This document shows, piece by piece, positions 12,601-25,575 of a DNA stretch of 64,000 nucleotides. Each line of letters begins with the position of its first letter. The first letter of the stretch is position 1. The position numbers were made by a program, and so were the translations under genes. The notes under the pieces are model-generated. The model ran no database searches and was not told where the DNA came from. It saw only the letters and a list, made by a program, of their open reading frames with translations. This DNA is from Podarcis bocagei (taxonomy: Eukaryota): the NCBI GenBank assembly GCA_964188305.1, contig OZ076886.1; one strand, 5' to 3'.

Positions 12601-13711
12601 GCTCTCTTAGCTACAGTATGTGTGATAAATAAGACTTCCACTGGCAAAATTATTAAACATGACAAGATTATCTATCTGAAAGGTATAATTTTCAACCACA
12701 CCAAATATTTGAAATCCTAAAAAACTGCTGCCATCTATGCAGATATTGCAGTCACTTAAAATGTGTATATTTATTGACAGATCTGAGAACACAGGGCAAA
12801 TCTCACATATATCTGTGTATGGCAAATGTCACTGAAATGGACTGGATTTAGGAGCACACAAATGTGCAGAATCTCAGCCACAACTTTTACTACACCTGTA
12901 CATTATTTGCATATTTGATAGCACTTTTTAGAAGTTAAATTATAAAATATTTCAAATATTTAATTCTTTTTGATTTGGTATGTGTAGTCTTAGGCTTTTA
13001 TAAATTGTAAGTCAGTGTCCAACAGTTAGCATATGCAGGAGAGCTACCATACTTTAATGGAAAAATAGCACTTTGGATATATATCAGGTGCTACATAGGA
13101 TTTTTTTTTAATGTTTGGATTACTTGAAACTGATAGCACTTTAATGCAATGACTGCCTGGAATGACCACTTTTTAAAAAATATAGTTTTGAAATTTTGAA
13201 GTATCTACAAATATTGAGGTCCGTGTTAAGTTCCAGCCATTGTGGAAAATTTAGTTCTTTTTCTACTTCCTCCTATTAACAAAAAGAAAAAGAAAAAAGA
13301 GACACGTACACTGCAAACTTTACAGAACTATTCCTGGTAAAGCTGTCCTGAATAATTGGTTTCTATTAGTTTCTTCTGGTTACTTGTTGAACAAGTCTTT
13401 ATTTTGACTATAAATAACCTAGGATGCAGAATTCTGCTAGTTGAATTGCTAACCACATAACTAAAATGGCCAGACAATAACTTTGACACTTAGAATATTA
13501 GTAATTATTTTCTGGAAATAGACAAGGGCACCACTGAGGAGTCCGCTTGTAAACGTAAGAAACATTAAGTGATTATGATATGACATCTTAAAAAAAATAA
13601 AATGTAGGAAAGTAAGTTATGGAAACGTTACAAAAGAAGTGAAAAAAACATGCCACAACTCAGATAATTTAAAAAGAATTACTGAGGAAATGTTACTTAA
13701 TTCCTCGTTTT
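9660..13711 (-). other. C5orf24: C5orf24 long 3' UTR (predicted)
   Basis: Repeat-free AT-rich sequence between stop codon and AATAAA. Confidence 0.6.
9675..9680 (-). terminator. Probable C5orf24 poly(A) signal AATAAA
   Basis: tttatt on plus strand at the end of a ~4 kb repeat-free AT-rich stretch downstream of the stop; a second hexamer at 9550-9555. Confidence 0.55.
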
Positions 13712-14281
<570 letters not shown>

Positions 14282-14799
14282 CTACCAAAAGAGAGAGAGA
14301 AAGAGGGAGAGATGTAAAAAAAAAAAATAAGGTAGCATTCAGCAGGGAAATATTTGCAATGCTCTCCAAAATTAGACAAATCAGCACAGGGCACAAACCA
14401 ACACCTAAACAAGACATCTTGAATATCAACAGACTCATTAATCAAATACTACTCCAAAACACTATCAATATATTACAGCATAGGTTTCTGCTAATTTTAC
14501 ATTTTTGCATTAATCTTTGATTTAGCACAAATAAATCTTACACAGAATTTCAGCATTGCAATGATAGTTGCTTTAAAAAAAGTCACAGTGAACCAAAAGT
14601 TTCTTTTTAAATTAATTTTTATTGGTTTCATAATCATAAAACTTACAGGAACATAAAAAATAATGTTTCAGGGGCTATTATGTATAGATAGGATTCTACT
14701 GACTGTATTTTTTCATATTTTTCTTCTTAGTTCTTTTCAGGTATATCTGACATGACCAAGATTTGAAAAAGCCATTCCAGTAAGTGTATACTGACATTT

Positions 14800-14972
14800 T
14801 ATTTTATTTCTATTTCTTAAATTTTTATACTGCCCTTCATCTGAAGATCATGAGCAGTTCACAACATAAAGATACAAAATGAGAACACAAAATTCATAAT
14901 AAAAACAAGAACAAGAACAAACCAATAACCTCCCTTCCAACAAACACATTTAAACGGACATAGATATTTTAT
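14800..14972 (-). mobile_element. L2-type LINE 3' end, family B
   Basis: Shares ttcacaacataaa...atgagaacacaaa...caaacaca with 55155-55490. Confidence 0.6.
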
Positions 14973-15603
14973 GGTGGTACTCCATTGTTTATATTGTGTG
15001 TGTGAATATAAATAATAAAATCAAACCATTCCAAAAATAATTTGGCCCCCCCATGCTCAGCTTATGTTAGCTTCTCTGACATAATACTTCACATTTTGCA
15101 TACTCTCTTTTGGCTCTTTTTATAGTCTTTTTTCAAAACCAGACTGTCAATAGTAGATAAAAAATCAGAGCTTTACTTTTAATATCTGTCATTTTAGAAG
15201 CACTATTCAGAAGTGCTAACTGGGAGTCAATGTTTATTTGTTGCTTTGTGATTAGTTCCTGGAAAAATAGACCAGAAAGTGTTTGCACAAGTGGCAGCAC
15301 ATTACTTTGGCCACACAGCCCTGCCATAAATTGAGGGTAATGGTTTTAATACAGCTTATATTGTGCATCTGGAAACTGGATAGTCTACAGTGAATTCTGG
15401 ACTGCTGCGATTTCTCTGCCACAATCAATTTCCATGTTTTCCTATATACTAAAGACCAGCCCTCTCTCAACTGTATTCATATTCTCTATTCTAAGATAGT
15501 TAAGGATGCAGGGTCAGCTCTCATATTTTGGCTTTCATTAAGAAAGTGTTTCTGCATCCATAGGAAATTAAACTATCTTCCCCATTCCAAGGCATATATC
15601 ATG

Positions 15604-15607
<4 letters not shown>

Positions 15608-15637
<30 letters not shown>

Positions 15638-15925
15638 TTATTTATACCCTGCCCATCTGGCTGAGTTTCCCCAGCCACTCTGGGCAGCTTCCAATCAAGT
15701 GTTAAAAACAATACAGCATTAAATATTAAAAACTTCCCTAAACAGGGCTGCCTTCAGATGTCTTTTAAAAAGAAGATAGCTGCTTATTTCCTTCACATCT
15801 GAAGGGAGGGCGTTCCACAGGGCGGGCGCCACTACTGAGAAGGCCCTCTGTTTGGTTCCCTGTAACCTCACTTCTCGCAATGAGGGAACCGCCAGAAGGC
15901 CCTCAGTGCTGGATCTCAGTGTCTT
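15608..15925 (-). mobile_element. L2-type LINE 3' end, family A, with (AAT)n tail
   Basis: Reverse complement of 17245-17595 (cttccctaaacagggctgccttcagatgtc; ttccacagggcgggcgccactactgagaaggccct). Confidence 0.75.
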
Positions 15926-17244
15926 CTAATATCGTATTCTCTTTAATGCCCCAAATTTACAGTGCCTGCCTATATTCGCAAACTCAGAATGGGAGGCCAG
16001 TAGAATCAATTACGAAGTACCAGACATTGTTTTTTCTTTCCTGATTTTCAGCATAGGTATGATGAATTTGTTATGAAGCAGCTCTCCTATTCATTCATAG
16101 ATAGAGAGATATGACATCTCCCATGTAAATCCTTCTGGTTTTGATGAGGATTCAATCAAACCAAAGGTTTGATGCGACCCATTGTTTATCAGTCTCTTAA
16201 AAGCCTCTTAACTGGTTGGTCTCATAATATGGACTCAGTAGTGGTGTAATTCTTTCTCTGTTTACTGATTGTTTGTATAGCTGCTTCTTGTTTATTCTAG
16301 GTCTCTTTCCTTCAAAGATGATGCTCTAGTCTACATTTCCAAAATACTAACAGTGGTCTTGGTATCCAGGTTGAAAACAAAATGGAAGTTTCTAAATGAA
16401 TGTAAGCTTTGAAATATTTATCTATTTTAGAGAATATTTGAGTATATACCAAAAGTAAATCAGTATGATGTCATCTCCGATCTTAAGAAAAGCTCATTCA
16501 TTAAACAGGTGCATTATTATGAAAGGATTGTTCTTTTCCCAGATTGTTTCAAAAGCAATTGCATCAATGGAATTTTTATGGAAATGTTGTTATTAAACTT
16601 GGCCTAGAAATAATTAAGTAATATGACACACAAATCTACTTATGTTGTAATTGTTCGGCAATCTGTGAAAACCACATTGTTGCTTAGAAAGATGACACTG
16701 AACTATTTAATTCAATAATTTCTCCATCAAAGGGGCTTAACTTTCCCCCAAAAAAACTTACATTAATTTTCAACACCTGACCTGTCTACTGAAGAACATT
16801 TTAGAAAGGTGGGTAAACTAGAGGTGCTAATGGTATACCAGTCAACATGTAATCTGGCCTTCGAAGTGGTGTTGAAATACAGTGTCTTAACAAGAGGTCA
16901 TCCAATTAGGAAACAATGATCAACCATTTGAAGCACAAGCCCTTTTATTATCAATGACCTTGTCAATGTGACAATTTAGGATCATCTATCCTCAAAGTGT
17001 CATGGTGCTCACTGGAGACCCCACTGTCTGTGGAGGATTTCTCCACTAACCTCAGCAGCAGCTATGCCAGTGGCTTTGTTGTAATGTAGATTGATCAGGG
17101 CCACTTATACACTGGCTTCCAGATAGCTTTTCATGCAGTGTTGCTTCATGTACAACAAGCTTCTTATGCTGAAATGAATTCAAAGTAAGGAGTTGCATAA
17201 ATCCCACATGCACCTAGTCATTCAGTATACCTGAAGTAGTGTCT

Positions 17245-17595
17245 CTACCCCCATAGTTCAGCCCGGACACTGAGATCCAGCGCCAAGGGCCTTCTGGCAG
17301 TTCTCTCCCTACAAGAAGTGAGGTTACAGGGAATGAGGCAGAGGGCCTTCTCAGTAGTGGCATCCGCCCTGTGGAACGCCCTCCCATCAGATATCAAGGA
17401 AATAAACAACTATCTGACTTTTAGAAGACATCTGAAGGCAGCCCTGTTTAGGGAAGTTTTTAATGTTTGAAATTTTATTTTGTTTTTAGTGTTTTGTTGG
17501 GAGCCACCCAGAAACCCAGCCAGATGGGTGGGGTATGTATGTATGTATGTATGTATGTATGTATGTATGTATAAATAAATAGATAAATAAATAAA
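17245..17595 (+). mobile_element. L2-type LINE 3' end, family A, with (TGTA)n/(TAAA)n tail
   Basis: gagggccttctcagtagtggc...gccctgtggaacgccctccc motif typical of L2 3' ends. Confidence 0.75.
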
Positions 17596-17960
17596 TCAAA
17601 ACATGTTGTGTAATACACACCATAGGAAGCTGGCATCTATCAACGCTTCCTACCAAGTATATACATGACAATGCAGAATGTGTGTATTATAAATACATAT
17701 TATATATAACTTCCAAGTAGGGCATTTGTCTTGCATGCAGTCATGGTGTGCAGCAGGCACACTTCCAATGTTTTACTTTTAGCCAGAAGCATGTGAGGAC
17801 ACCATGTATATTCCATCACCATCATCATTTACTTTAATAATTTAATTCCACTTAAAAACATTGAATTATGGGCGATTCACAAAAATGATAAAATAAAATG
17901 TAACAAAAATATATAACAACTTGCTATTAAATATCCAGGGGAAATAATGAAACCAAGTTA

Positions 17961-18186
17961 CAGTGGTACCTCAGGTTAAGTACTTAATTCGTTCCGGAGG
18001 TCCGTTCTTAACCTGAAACTGTTCTTAACCTGAAGCACCACTTTAGCTAATGGGGCCTCCTGCTGCCGCCGCGCCACCGGAGCAAGATTTCTGTTCTTAT
18101 CCTGAAGCAAAGTTCTTAACCTGAAGCACTATTTCTGGGTTAGCGGAGTCTGTAACCTGAAGCGTATGTAACCTGAGGTACCACTG
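17961..18186. mobile_element. Tigger-like MITE family A, copy 2
   Basis: TA-cagtggtacctcaggtta ... taacctgaggtaccactg-TA; opposite orientation to copy 1. Confidence 0.9.
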
Positions 18187-18246
18187 TACTGAAAAAAATC
18201 ACAACACTCGAGTGGTTTAGTATAAAACACTTAATTTCACACAGGT

Positions 18247-18287
<41 letters not shown>

Positions 18288-18310
18288 GCTGTTGCTGCTG
18301 CTGCTGCTGC
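18247..18310. repeat. Compound (TTG)n(CTG)n microsatellite
   Basis: Direct reading. Confidence 0.95.
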
Positions 18311-20315
18311 TAAGGGCAACACATGGTCCTAGAATGGCCATAAAGAAGGTGCCAGTTGCTCCTCTCTAGGAAGGGCATTGAACAGTTGAGGAGCTAGCAC
18401 AAAAAAGACCTGGTAGCCACTGTCTTACTTTACTTGGCAAGAGCAACTGAAGCAGGCCTCTGAAGGGGATCTCAATGTTCAGTTAGGTGTATGTGAGAAA
18501 ATGTGATCTTTCAGTTATCCTGCTTCAAAGCAATTAAGCGCTTTAAAGATTAAAATCAGTACTTTGAACTAGGTCCTCACTTAGGACATGGGGCTGATGC
18601 AATATTATTCTACTATTCTTTGTGGATAAACAATTTATTGTTGCAGGGACAAATGGGGAAAAGAGATGGATACAGGAGAAAGTTATACAGGCTATTAATA
18701 GAAGGAAAGGTGTATGTGCAACTTCCTCTAGTTAAAAATATCCCAAACAATGGAAATGTTAGATTAGCTTTATGCTACTATTTGCTTCATGCTACTGATA
18801 AGAAGCAGCAGTGAATCAGGTTCAGTATCTTGAATTGAACATTAATTTAACAAAATGGCAGGCCATACATGATTAAATAAAGAAGCTATAATGTTTAATC
18901 AGTTTTAACAACTTTTACAGTACAATCTTATATGTGACTAAGTCTTATGAATATATCATTTTCCCCACTTAATTCATTTATTTGGAAGGAAACTGCAAAT
19001 AAATCAATGGGACTTACTTCCAAGTAGGTACATATAGAACTGAACTGTTAATTGGCTGGAAAAGTTACCTGGATTAATCAGACAGCATATTTTTAAGCAA
19101 AATATTTTATAAAAGTCATAAAACTGCAAATAGCAAGTATTTTAAAAGGTGTTCTCCCTTTCATGTAACATAGGAATGTCTCTTATAAAGTACACATACA
19201 ACATATGTGAGTATGCATTAACAACACATCTTGTTTCCATTCTATTGTTTTTACCATATGGAAGTGTACTCTGTTAACTGACAAAGACTCGTACAATTAA
19301 TCAATTGATATCTCTTTAATCCGGTAACAACTCTATTATCAATCCTAAAATTGCTATCTGGTCAAGGATAGAACTCTTCCACCTTGTCCCAGGAAGTTTG
19401 TATGCTGCTCTTTGCAGTTCCTGTAGCAAAGAGCAGAACAAGCATTATTATAAAACAATTATAACATTTGGTATCCTGCCTTTCTTCCATTACTCAGAGA
19501 GGAGGATACAGGTGATTTTCCATCTGGGTACTGACCAGAGCCAGAGGGTGCTACCCCATGTGGCCACAAAACATGCCTTATGTCAGGAATGGAAAGTCTT
19601 TGGCCCTTCAAGAGCATGGACTGCAATTCCCATCATTCCTGTTCATTCAGGAGGGAGATTGATGGAAATGGTTCCCACCAAAGTAGTCTGGTGAATAAGC
19701 ACTCCAGCCTGCTGTGTCAAGATGCAGGCTGGAATGCTTTCTTACAGGAACTCCTCTAATAGAGGGCATTTGTGCAAGCAGATATATTCTGGCCTAATCA
19801 ACTTCACTCCTAAGGGACTGGGGGGGGACAGTTGGCATGCTGCTTTTTTGGCTTTTACCATTAAACAAAAAAACATTGCAACTGGAATTCTCATATTGTA
19901 ATGGGTATTGGAGATAAAATCAGTCTGACGTACATTCTTAGGCAAATTTAATAGCTTCCACTGGGATCTTGACATATGCTCAAATGTCTAATTTTATCCT
20001 CGAAATAAAAATCTGAGGATGCAAAATAAAGGCACTATCAATAGCAGAAAAACTCTGAAACATGCTAGAGACTGTACTTTATCATGCTCTTCACTAGTTT
20101 TGCAAAGACTGTGCTGAAACCTAAGATGTTCAACAAACATTTTCTTATATCTGCATGAGCAGAAAGACTTTTCCTAAACATCTACCATAAAATTAACATC
20201 TAATCTTAAAATATGTACAAGCTAAATGCATGACAATAATAATAGTGCAATCAAAAGTAAACCACACAAGAATCTGGGACCTACTTCCAGATAAGTGTGT
20301 ATAGGATTGCAGCCT

Positions 20316-20725
20316 AAGGGAGCAATCCTACCTCTGGATGGGAAACAGCAGGGCAAAATGGAGTGATAGAATCACTGGTGGCTCCAAAACCCTCCTACTT
20401 GCATCGGCTAGATTGGAAGATGGAGAGACTGAAATCACAATTTTTGCTGCAGACTGGTGCGGCAGAGGAACCCAATTTGGACCCCTCTCTGGGAAGTGGA
20501 CCAGCTTAGGCTACAGAGGATTCTTGTTACTCCAGTTCCACCCCAAACACCTTGGTATGGGGGTCCTCCAGCAGATCCATCACCAACAATACATTTGCAT
20601 CTGTCATCCCTCCTGTGCTGCAGTGAGATACTCTGTAGCACCAGAAGTACCAGATACCCTGCAAGTGTAGAGAACAGTGTACGGGAATATGCGTTGGCTC
20701 CTACTCCCCTCCAGAAGCACGGATT
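20316..20725. mobile_element. Old non-autonomous DNA element with gcaatccta / taggattgc ends
   Basis: Inverted termini; a similar element spans ~31663-32150. Confidence 0.45.
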
Positions 20726-21688
20726 GGGGGTTAGGATTGCATTTTAAATGTTTACAAGCATAAATTTGGATCCCATAAAACAATTCTAAAGCACACACTA
20801 ATGCTATACATGTAATGGTCTAATGAGATGCACTTAAGCAGCAGGTCTTAATAAATGTGGGTAGCACTAATCAATATAATATTTAAGTAACTAGCAATGC
20901 AAATATTTGTCAGTCCCATATATTAAAGGTATGCTTACACATATGTGCAAAATACAGGGACAGGTATTGTTTTTCATTAAACATGTAGTTGGTTAGATAT
21001 AAACAAGAAATCACACACAAAGAGAACAGCTCAAAGTGCCTTTGTTAACTAATAGGACACTTAACAAGACAAATTCTAGAGAGATACTGTTATAAAAACC
21101 ACAAAATGTATATCTTCCCCTGCTACTGAGTGACCATAGCAGTTCAGGAATAGAGGGCAGACTGACAGAAGCTTATCCCTGCTTTCCCCTCCGACCCCAT
21201 ACTGGAGCATAATTGTCCTTCCTGGGACATTCATAGGGAAGACACAGTCGTTCTGTGTCTATATTAGATGGTGCCTCATTATCAGCACTGGGGGAAATTA
21301 AATAGGTCTTGGGGCATGGGAATGATAAGCTTTTCCATCATTCCACTTGGGCCAAAAAGCTGTTAAGACTCCCGCATCTGCCTTACTCTGGCTAGTTAAA
21401 TAAGTTACCCTTTAAGGACACGACTAAACAACAACATGCTCTCTCACCTACATAGCCCTTTTGTTCACACTTGGATGATAGGCAGAAGCCGAGGAGAGGC
21501 GAGGCTTCCCTCCGTTTCCCCCCCCCCCTAGGTTTTTTAGCATTCGGTTTTTTTGTTTCAATTTAGTTAAATTTATGTGACGCGGCACAAGTAAGGGTGG
21601 CTGCGGCGATGTTGCAAATTTACATGGCTTCAACCACCACAAAAAGTCGTAGTTGTAATTTTGTGAGGGCCTTTGAAGAGAACAAATG

Positions 21689-21691
<3 letters not shown>

Positions 21692-21725
<34 letters not shown>
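21692..21725. repeat. (GA)n microsatellite
   Basis: Direct reading. Confidence 0.95.
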
Positions 21726-21727
<2 letters not shown>

Positions 21728-22173
21728 TTGCCGACCAAGCCACCCACCCCGTCTCGCCTACAAGGAGGGGAGGAAAAAAAAAAGGGGGGGGAGGCTGTCC
21801 AGATCTAGTTCAACCTACTGCTGCCCTGTCTGGGTGTCTATTCTCCGGGCACCCAGCGAAAGAAGGGTCCTTCAATTCCACCCACCTAATTGTACAATTT
21901 GATACAGAAACCGGGGGGGGGGTAGAGGAAGCGGCGGAAATGGTGCCACCCCGCTAAACCCCACGGGCACCCCGGGGTGCAAAAAGGAGGGAGGCGCAGG
22001 GGGTGCTGCCTTCCGCCGACTGCGCCCGAAAGGCGCCAGGAGAGAGAGAAAGGCGTTCTCCTTCCTTCCTTCCTGCCTTCCTTTCTTTGGAGCCAGCTGG
22101 GTGAGGCTCCATCTTGCGCGGCGGAGAAGAGGAGAGAAGCGGGCGGCCCTCGCAGGCCCGGGGCGGCTCCTAC

Positions 22174-22570
22174 CTGAGGGATTCTTGGCAGGGCGGAGGG
22201 GGAGGGGAGGGGACAAGGCGGCGGCGGCTGGTGGCTCGGTCCGCGAGGCGCGAGCTCGACGAGGGTTGTCGTCGTCGTCGTCGTCGTCGTCGGAGGGACG
22301 CGTCGCGGGGCGCTGGGGCCCCTCCCCGCCGCCGCCGCCGCCGGCTTCCTTCGTCGCAGGCGGCCGGGCGAGAGAGAGCGAGACCAGCGGGGCAGAAGCT
22401 GAGACGGCGGAGCGGGCCGCGAGAGCCGGGCCGGAGCAGCTGCAGGGAGCCGTGGCGGCGACGTGCGCGCTCCTGGTCTGGGCCAACGCGCCGCGGGAGC
22501 GAGCGGGAGAGGCAGAGGCCGGGGGGAGGGGAGGCGGAGGAGGAAGGGAGCGGCAGGCGGACGCCTGAGA
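22174..22570 (-). other. C5orf24: C5orf24 5' leader exon 1 (5' boundary approximate)
   Basis: Strong donor CAG|gtagga at 22174 within the CpG island; no ATG seen in this segment. Confidence 0.65.
22268..22291. repeat. (GTC)8 / (GAC)8 trinucleotide repeat
   Basis: Direct reading. Confidence 0.95.
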
Positions 22571-22891
22571 GGAAGGGGCCGCTCGCCGGGGGAGCCGCTC
22601 AGGGCCTGGCTCGGCCGCGGCGGAGGTGCCGCCTGCTCTGAGGCGGAAGAGGAGGAATGAGGGAGAGACGTGGGCCCACAAAGAGCCCCGCAGCGCTGCC
22701 AAGGCGAGCCGGTGCGGTATTGTTGTGGCATAAGCTCATCACCCCGCCCCCCATTTGGCAGACGTATAAAACACACAAACACACACGGGTGCGGATAGGG
22801 AAAATGTAAACAGTGGAGTCGAACTGCAATGAAACGGGGAAAGTGCAGCCCGCGAGCATTCAGCTGAGAGCTTAAATGACTGCAAAATATA

Positions 22892-22995
22892 TCTGAAGTG
22901 TAGGGTGTATCTGAAGAGGTGTGCATGCACACGAAAGCTTATACCAAGAACTAACTTAGTTGGTCTTTAAGGTGCTACTGCAAGGAATTTTTTTA
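22892..22995 (+). mobile_element. Short PLE terminal insert, copy 2, with 11-bp TSD
   Basis: TSD tgcaaaatata (22881-22891 / 22996-23006); nearly identical to the reverse complement of 6961-7040. Confidence 0.82.
22907..22944 (+). ncRNA. Minimal type I hammerhead ribozyme motif (core intact, U at position 17)
   Basis: GUAU CUGAAGA G GUGUGCAUGCACAC GAAA GCUU AUAC; stem I GUAU/AUAC. Confidence 0.6.
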
Positions 22996-23794
22996 TGCAA
23001 AATATAAGCAAGAGGAGCGCCGGTAAGAGGGCTCTCCTAAACCCAATTGCCAGGGAGAGGGAGCACATCAAACTTGATGGGACTTGCTCCTGCCTAGGCG
23101 TGCACGCGTATAGGAATATCGCCTCAACTTTCTCTTAAGAAAGTGCTTAGTGCTCTTTACTGTAAGAATAGTAGTTCTAGTAGCCTTTCCATGTTCAGCA
23201 GCTGCCTTAATGTTGAGTCATATTAGAATTCGCTCATGATTCATGTAGGTTTGGATAGAAGGTATGCCAAGTTTGGAAACGTTTTGGTCACTTGAACGGG
23301 ACTATTTTCATTTTAAAAAACGGAATGTGCTGGAGGAATAATTTAAGGCAGCTATGCTATCCTCAGGCGGTGAAAGCTGGCCGCAAGAGCGCGTGTGTTC
23401 GGGAGGAGGGGTGGGAAGGGGATGCTCACAGATGTGAGAGGTGGATTGGGCAGAAAGAGAAGTGTGAGACCGAAGGTAGAGAAGATGTGGGGGTGGGGGG
23501 AGACACATGGCCAAGAGGGAAGATATGAGGGACTGAGGAGAGAACAAGAGGTTAGCATTTACCATCCAAGGCATCTTAATCAGTTTTGGCAACAATGAGT
23601 CATGAGCTGTGGAACTTTAAATGCATTTTTAAAAATTGCAGCTGGATCCTCTCCACTTGGGTTTAAGCTGTCATAATGGCAAAAGTTGCATAAGCATCCA
23701 GTGCAAGGCAAGCAAAATGGAGTTATAGCTCTCTGCTCCACATTTCTCAAGCCTCTTCCGATGCTCTTGACATAGTTATGTGCAAGCTCTGACA

Positions 23795-23919
23795 CTGGCT
23801 CACTGTTGTCTACAATGACAGGCAGTAGTTAAGGATTTTAGGCAGGGTGATGCAAGGGATCGGACCTGGGATCTTGTGCATGTAAAGCAGATGCTCTACC
23901 ACTGAGTTACAGCCCTTCC
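23795..23919 (-). mobile_element. Squam3-like SINE (deleted)
   Basis: Minus strand gggctgtaactcagtggtagagcatctgctttacatgcacaagatcccaggtccgatcc tRNA-like head. Confidence 0.65.
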
Positions 23920-23926
23920 TTGTAGC

Positions 23927-24029
23927 TTTGATGTCATAACAGAAGGATCATGGAAAGTTTTTTATCTATCTATCCTTGTAGAAAGATCTAGGATGAGTGT
24001 TACCATGATCCTTCTGTTATGACATCAAA
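23927..24029. repeat. Perfect 27-bp inverted repeat with 49-nt spacer
   Basis: tttgatgtcataacagaaggatcatgg (23927-23953) and ccatgatccttctgttatgacatcaaa (24003-24029). Confidence 0.95.
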
Positions 24030-24329
24030 CCTGCAATCCTAAACACACTCACCTAGGAGTAAATGCCTTTCAATGCAGTGACTTTTATTTCTCAATAGAT
24101 ACTGATAGGATTGTACTGTAAGTGATACAGGAGATCTTAGCTTCATTCTGTGGGTGATTTCTATACCTACACGTGCTACACAATATTAGAAATATTAAAT
24201 TGAATTAATATTTACATATTCTTAGATTAGTTTTATAAAATGCTATTCTACTTGGCCTGTATAGTATTCCATAGCAATATACAATTTCAAGACTGTTGTG
24301 TCATCTGTGTTTTAAACAGATTATCAGAT

Positions 24330-24450
24330 CAAATGTATTGTGACAAAAGCTTTCATAAGTTACATCTGATAAAGTGGGCTCTCGCGCAAAGCAGCTTATG
24401 CCACAAAACATTTGCTAATCTTTAGGGTGTCACCACCAGGACTCTGATGT
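24330..24450. mobile_element. Degenerate PLE terminal fragment
   Basis: catctgataaagtgggctc...agcttatgccacaaaacatttgctaatctttagggtg resembles the hammerhead-bearing terminus. Confidence 0.5.
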
Positions 24451-25439
24451 TTTTAAATTATCTTCTGATGTGGGCATGTGAAGGGTTAGTATCAATGGCA
24501 TATCTGCTTCAAAACAAAATTTATTTTACAGCATTTCCTTCAAAAGGGCCACCTTACTTCCTTTACACACACGCACACGCACACACACACACAGTATAAA
24601 TAAGCATTAGATTTAAAGACTATTTTTAAGGAAGACAATGTGTGGATTAAAAAAACACAAAACCTTTTTATTTTGAACAGGGAAGACAGCTGCTACCCTG
24701 CTGCCACACATTACCCATAAGTAGCTGGGTACATGCAGCATGAGGCAGCAGAGTCTTTGCAGCAGCAAATAAACAATTAAATATTAATCTACTGCACTCT
24801 TCATAACGCTTGCAAGCGGAATGGAGCCAGAGTGCAGTTCCCTTGCTGTCTCTTTCCTTAGAAAGGCTTGCTATAAAATGGACTCCTTTTAGAATATGAG
24901 CTGAAGCACAGAATCCGTGAATGCTGGACCCTTCATCCCAATATTAAAACCAAGGATTACGGAAACATAAACCTTCATAATTTATCTGCACATATTCATG
25001 GTGGCACAAACATCAGTTATTCTTGTTGACAACATATTCATTCTTCCTTCAGTTAAAGCAGGTCCTACTTTTGTGTTACAATAGTGTAAACTCCTCTGCC
25101 ACCACATTGATGTACAAATGTATCCACATAAATGCATGTTTACATGAATGGAATTTCAGTGTGATTTATAAACTCATAGGATGGCCATAGTTGGTTGCAG
25201 GCAAACCCCACTGAAAACTATTAGCTTGTATCTCTAGTAACTAGATTCTGTGAGCTACCAGACTAGCACATAATTTTGTCTAGTCTAAGAACCAAACAAT
25301 TGTAAAAGACAAAACTGATGCCCCACCCTCATATGAGTGCTATTTCCTTGTAACATCTAACAAAAACATGTGAACCCTTAAACAACCTGAAATCAGGCTA
25401 CCTAAGGGAGTGCTTTGTTATGTGTTGGCCTGAGCTGTC

Positions 25440-25575
25440 ATTAAGGTCTGCTGATGAGACCTTCCTGGTTGTGCAGCAGCCTAGAGAGATAACAAGCAGA
25501 ATGAGAGCCTTTTCTGTTGTGGCACCAACTCTATAGAATCGTCTCCTCTCATAATTAAGGCAAGCACCAACCGTG
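25440..25575 (+). mobile_element. Old L2-type 3' fragment
   Basis: gagagccttttctgttgtggcaccaactctatagaatcgtctcc. Confidence 0.5.

Larger units (their letters stand above)
21480..22860. promoter_or_regulatory. CpG island / promoter of C5orf24
   Basis: Very high GC and CpG density; YY1-like caagatggagc (minus strand, ~22106-22117), ETS-like cggaaa. Confidence 0.9.

Noticed and set aside
15960-17200. Possible ancient LINE (RTE/L1-like) coding remnant
   Set aside because: Only a vague resemblance with many stops; cannot be supported without a profile search
21872-22932. Long ORFs (276, 348, 155, 175 aa) on both strands of the C5orf24 CpG island as independent genes
   Set aside because: Low-complexity Ala/Pro/Arg/Gly products expected from GC-rich DNA; the 348-aa ORF begins inside the PLE insert
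25448-25470. CTGATGA as another hammerhead core or snoRNA box
   Set aside because: No GAAA box or closing stems; lies within an L2-type fragment
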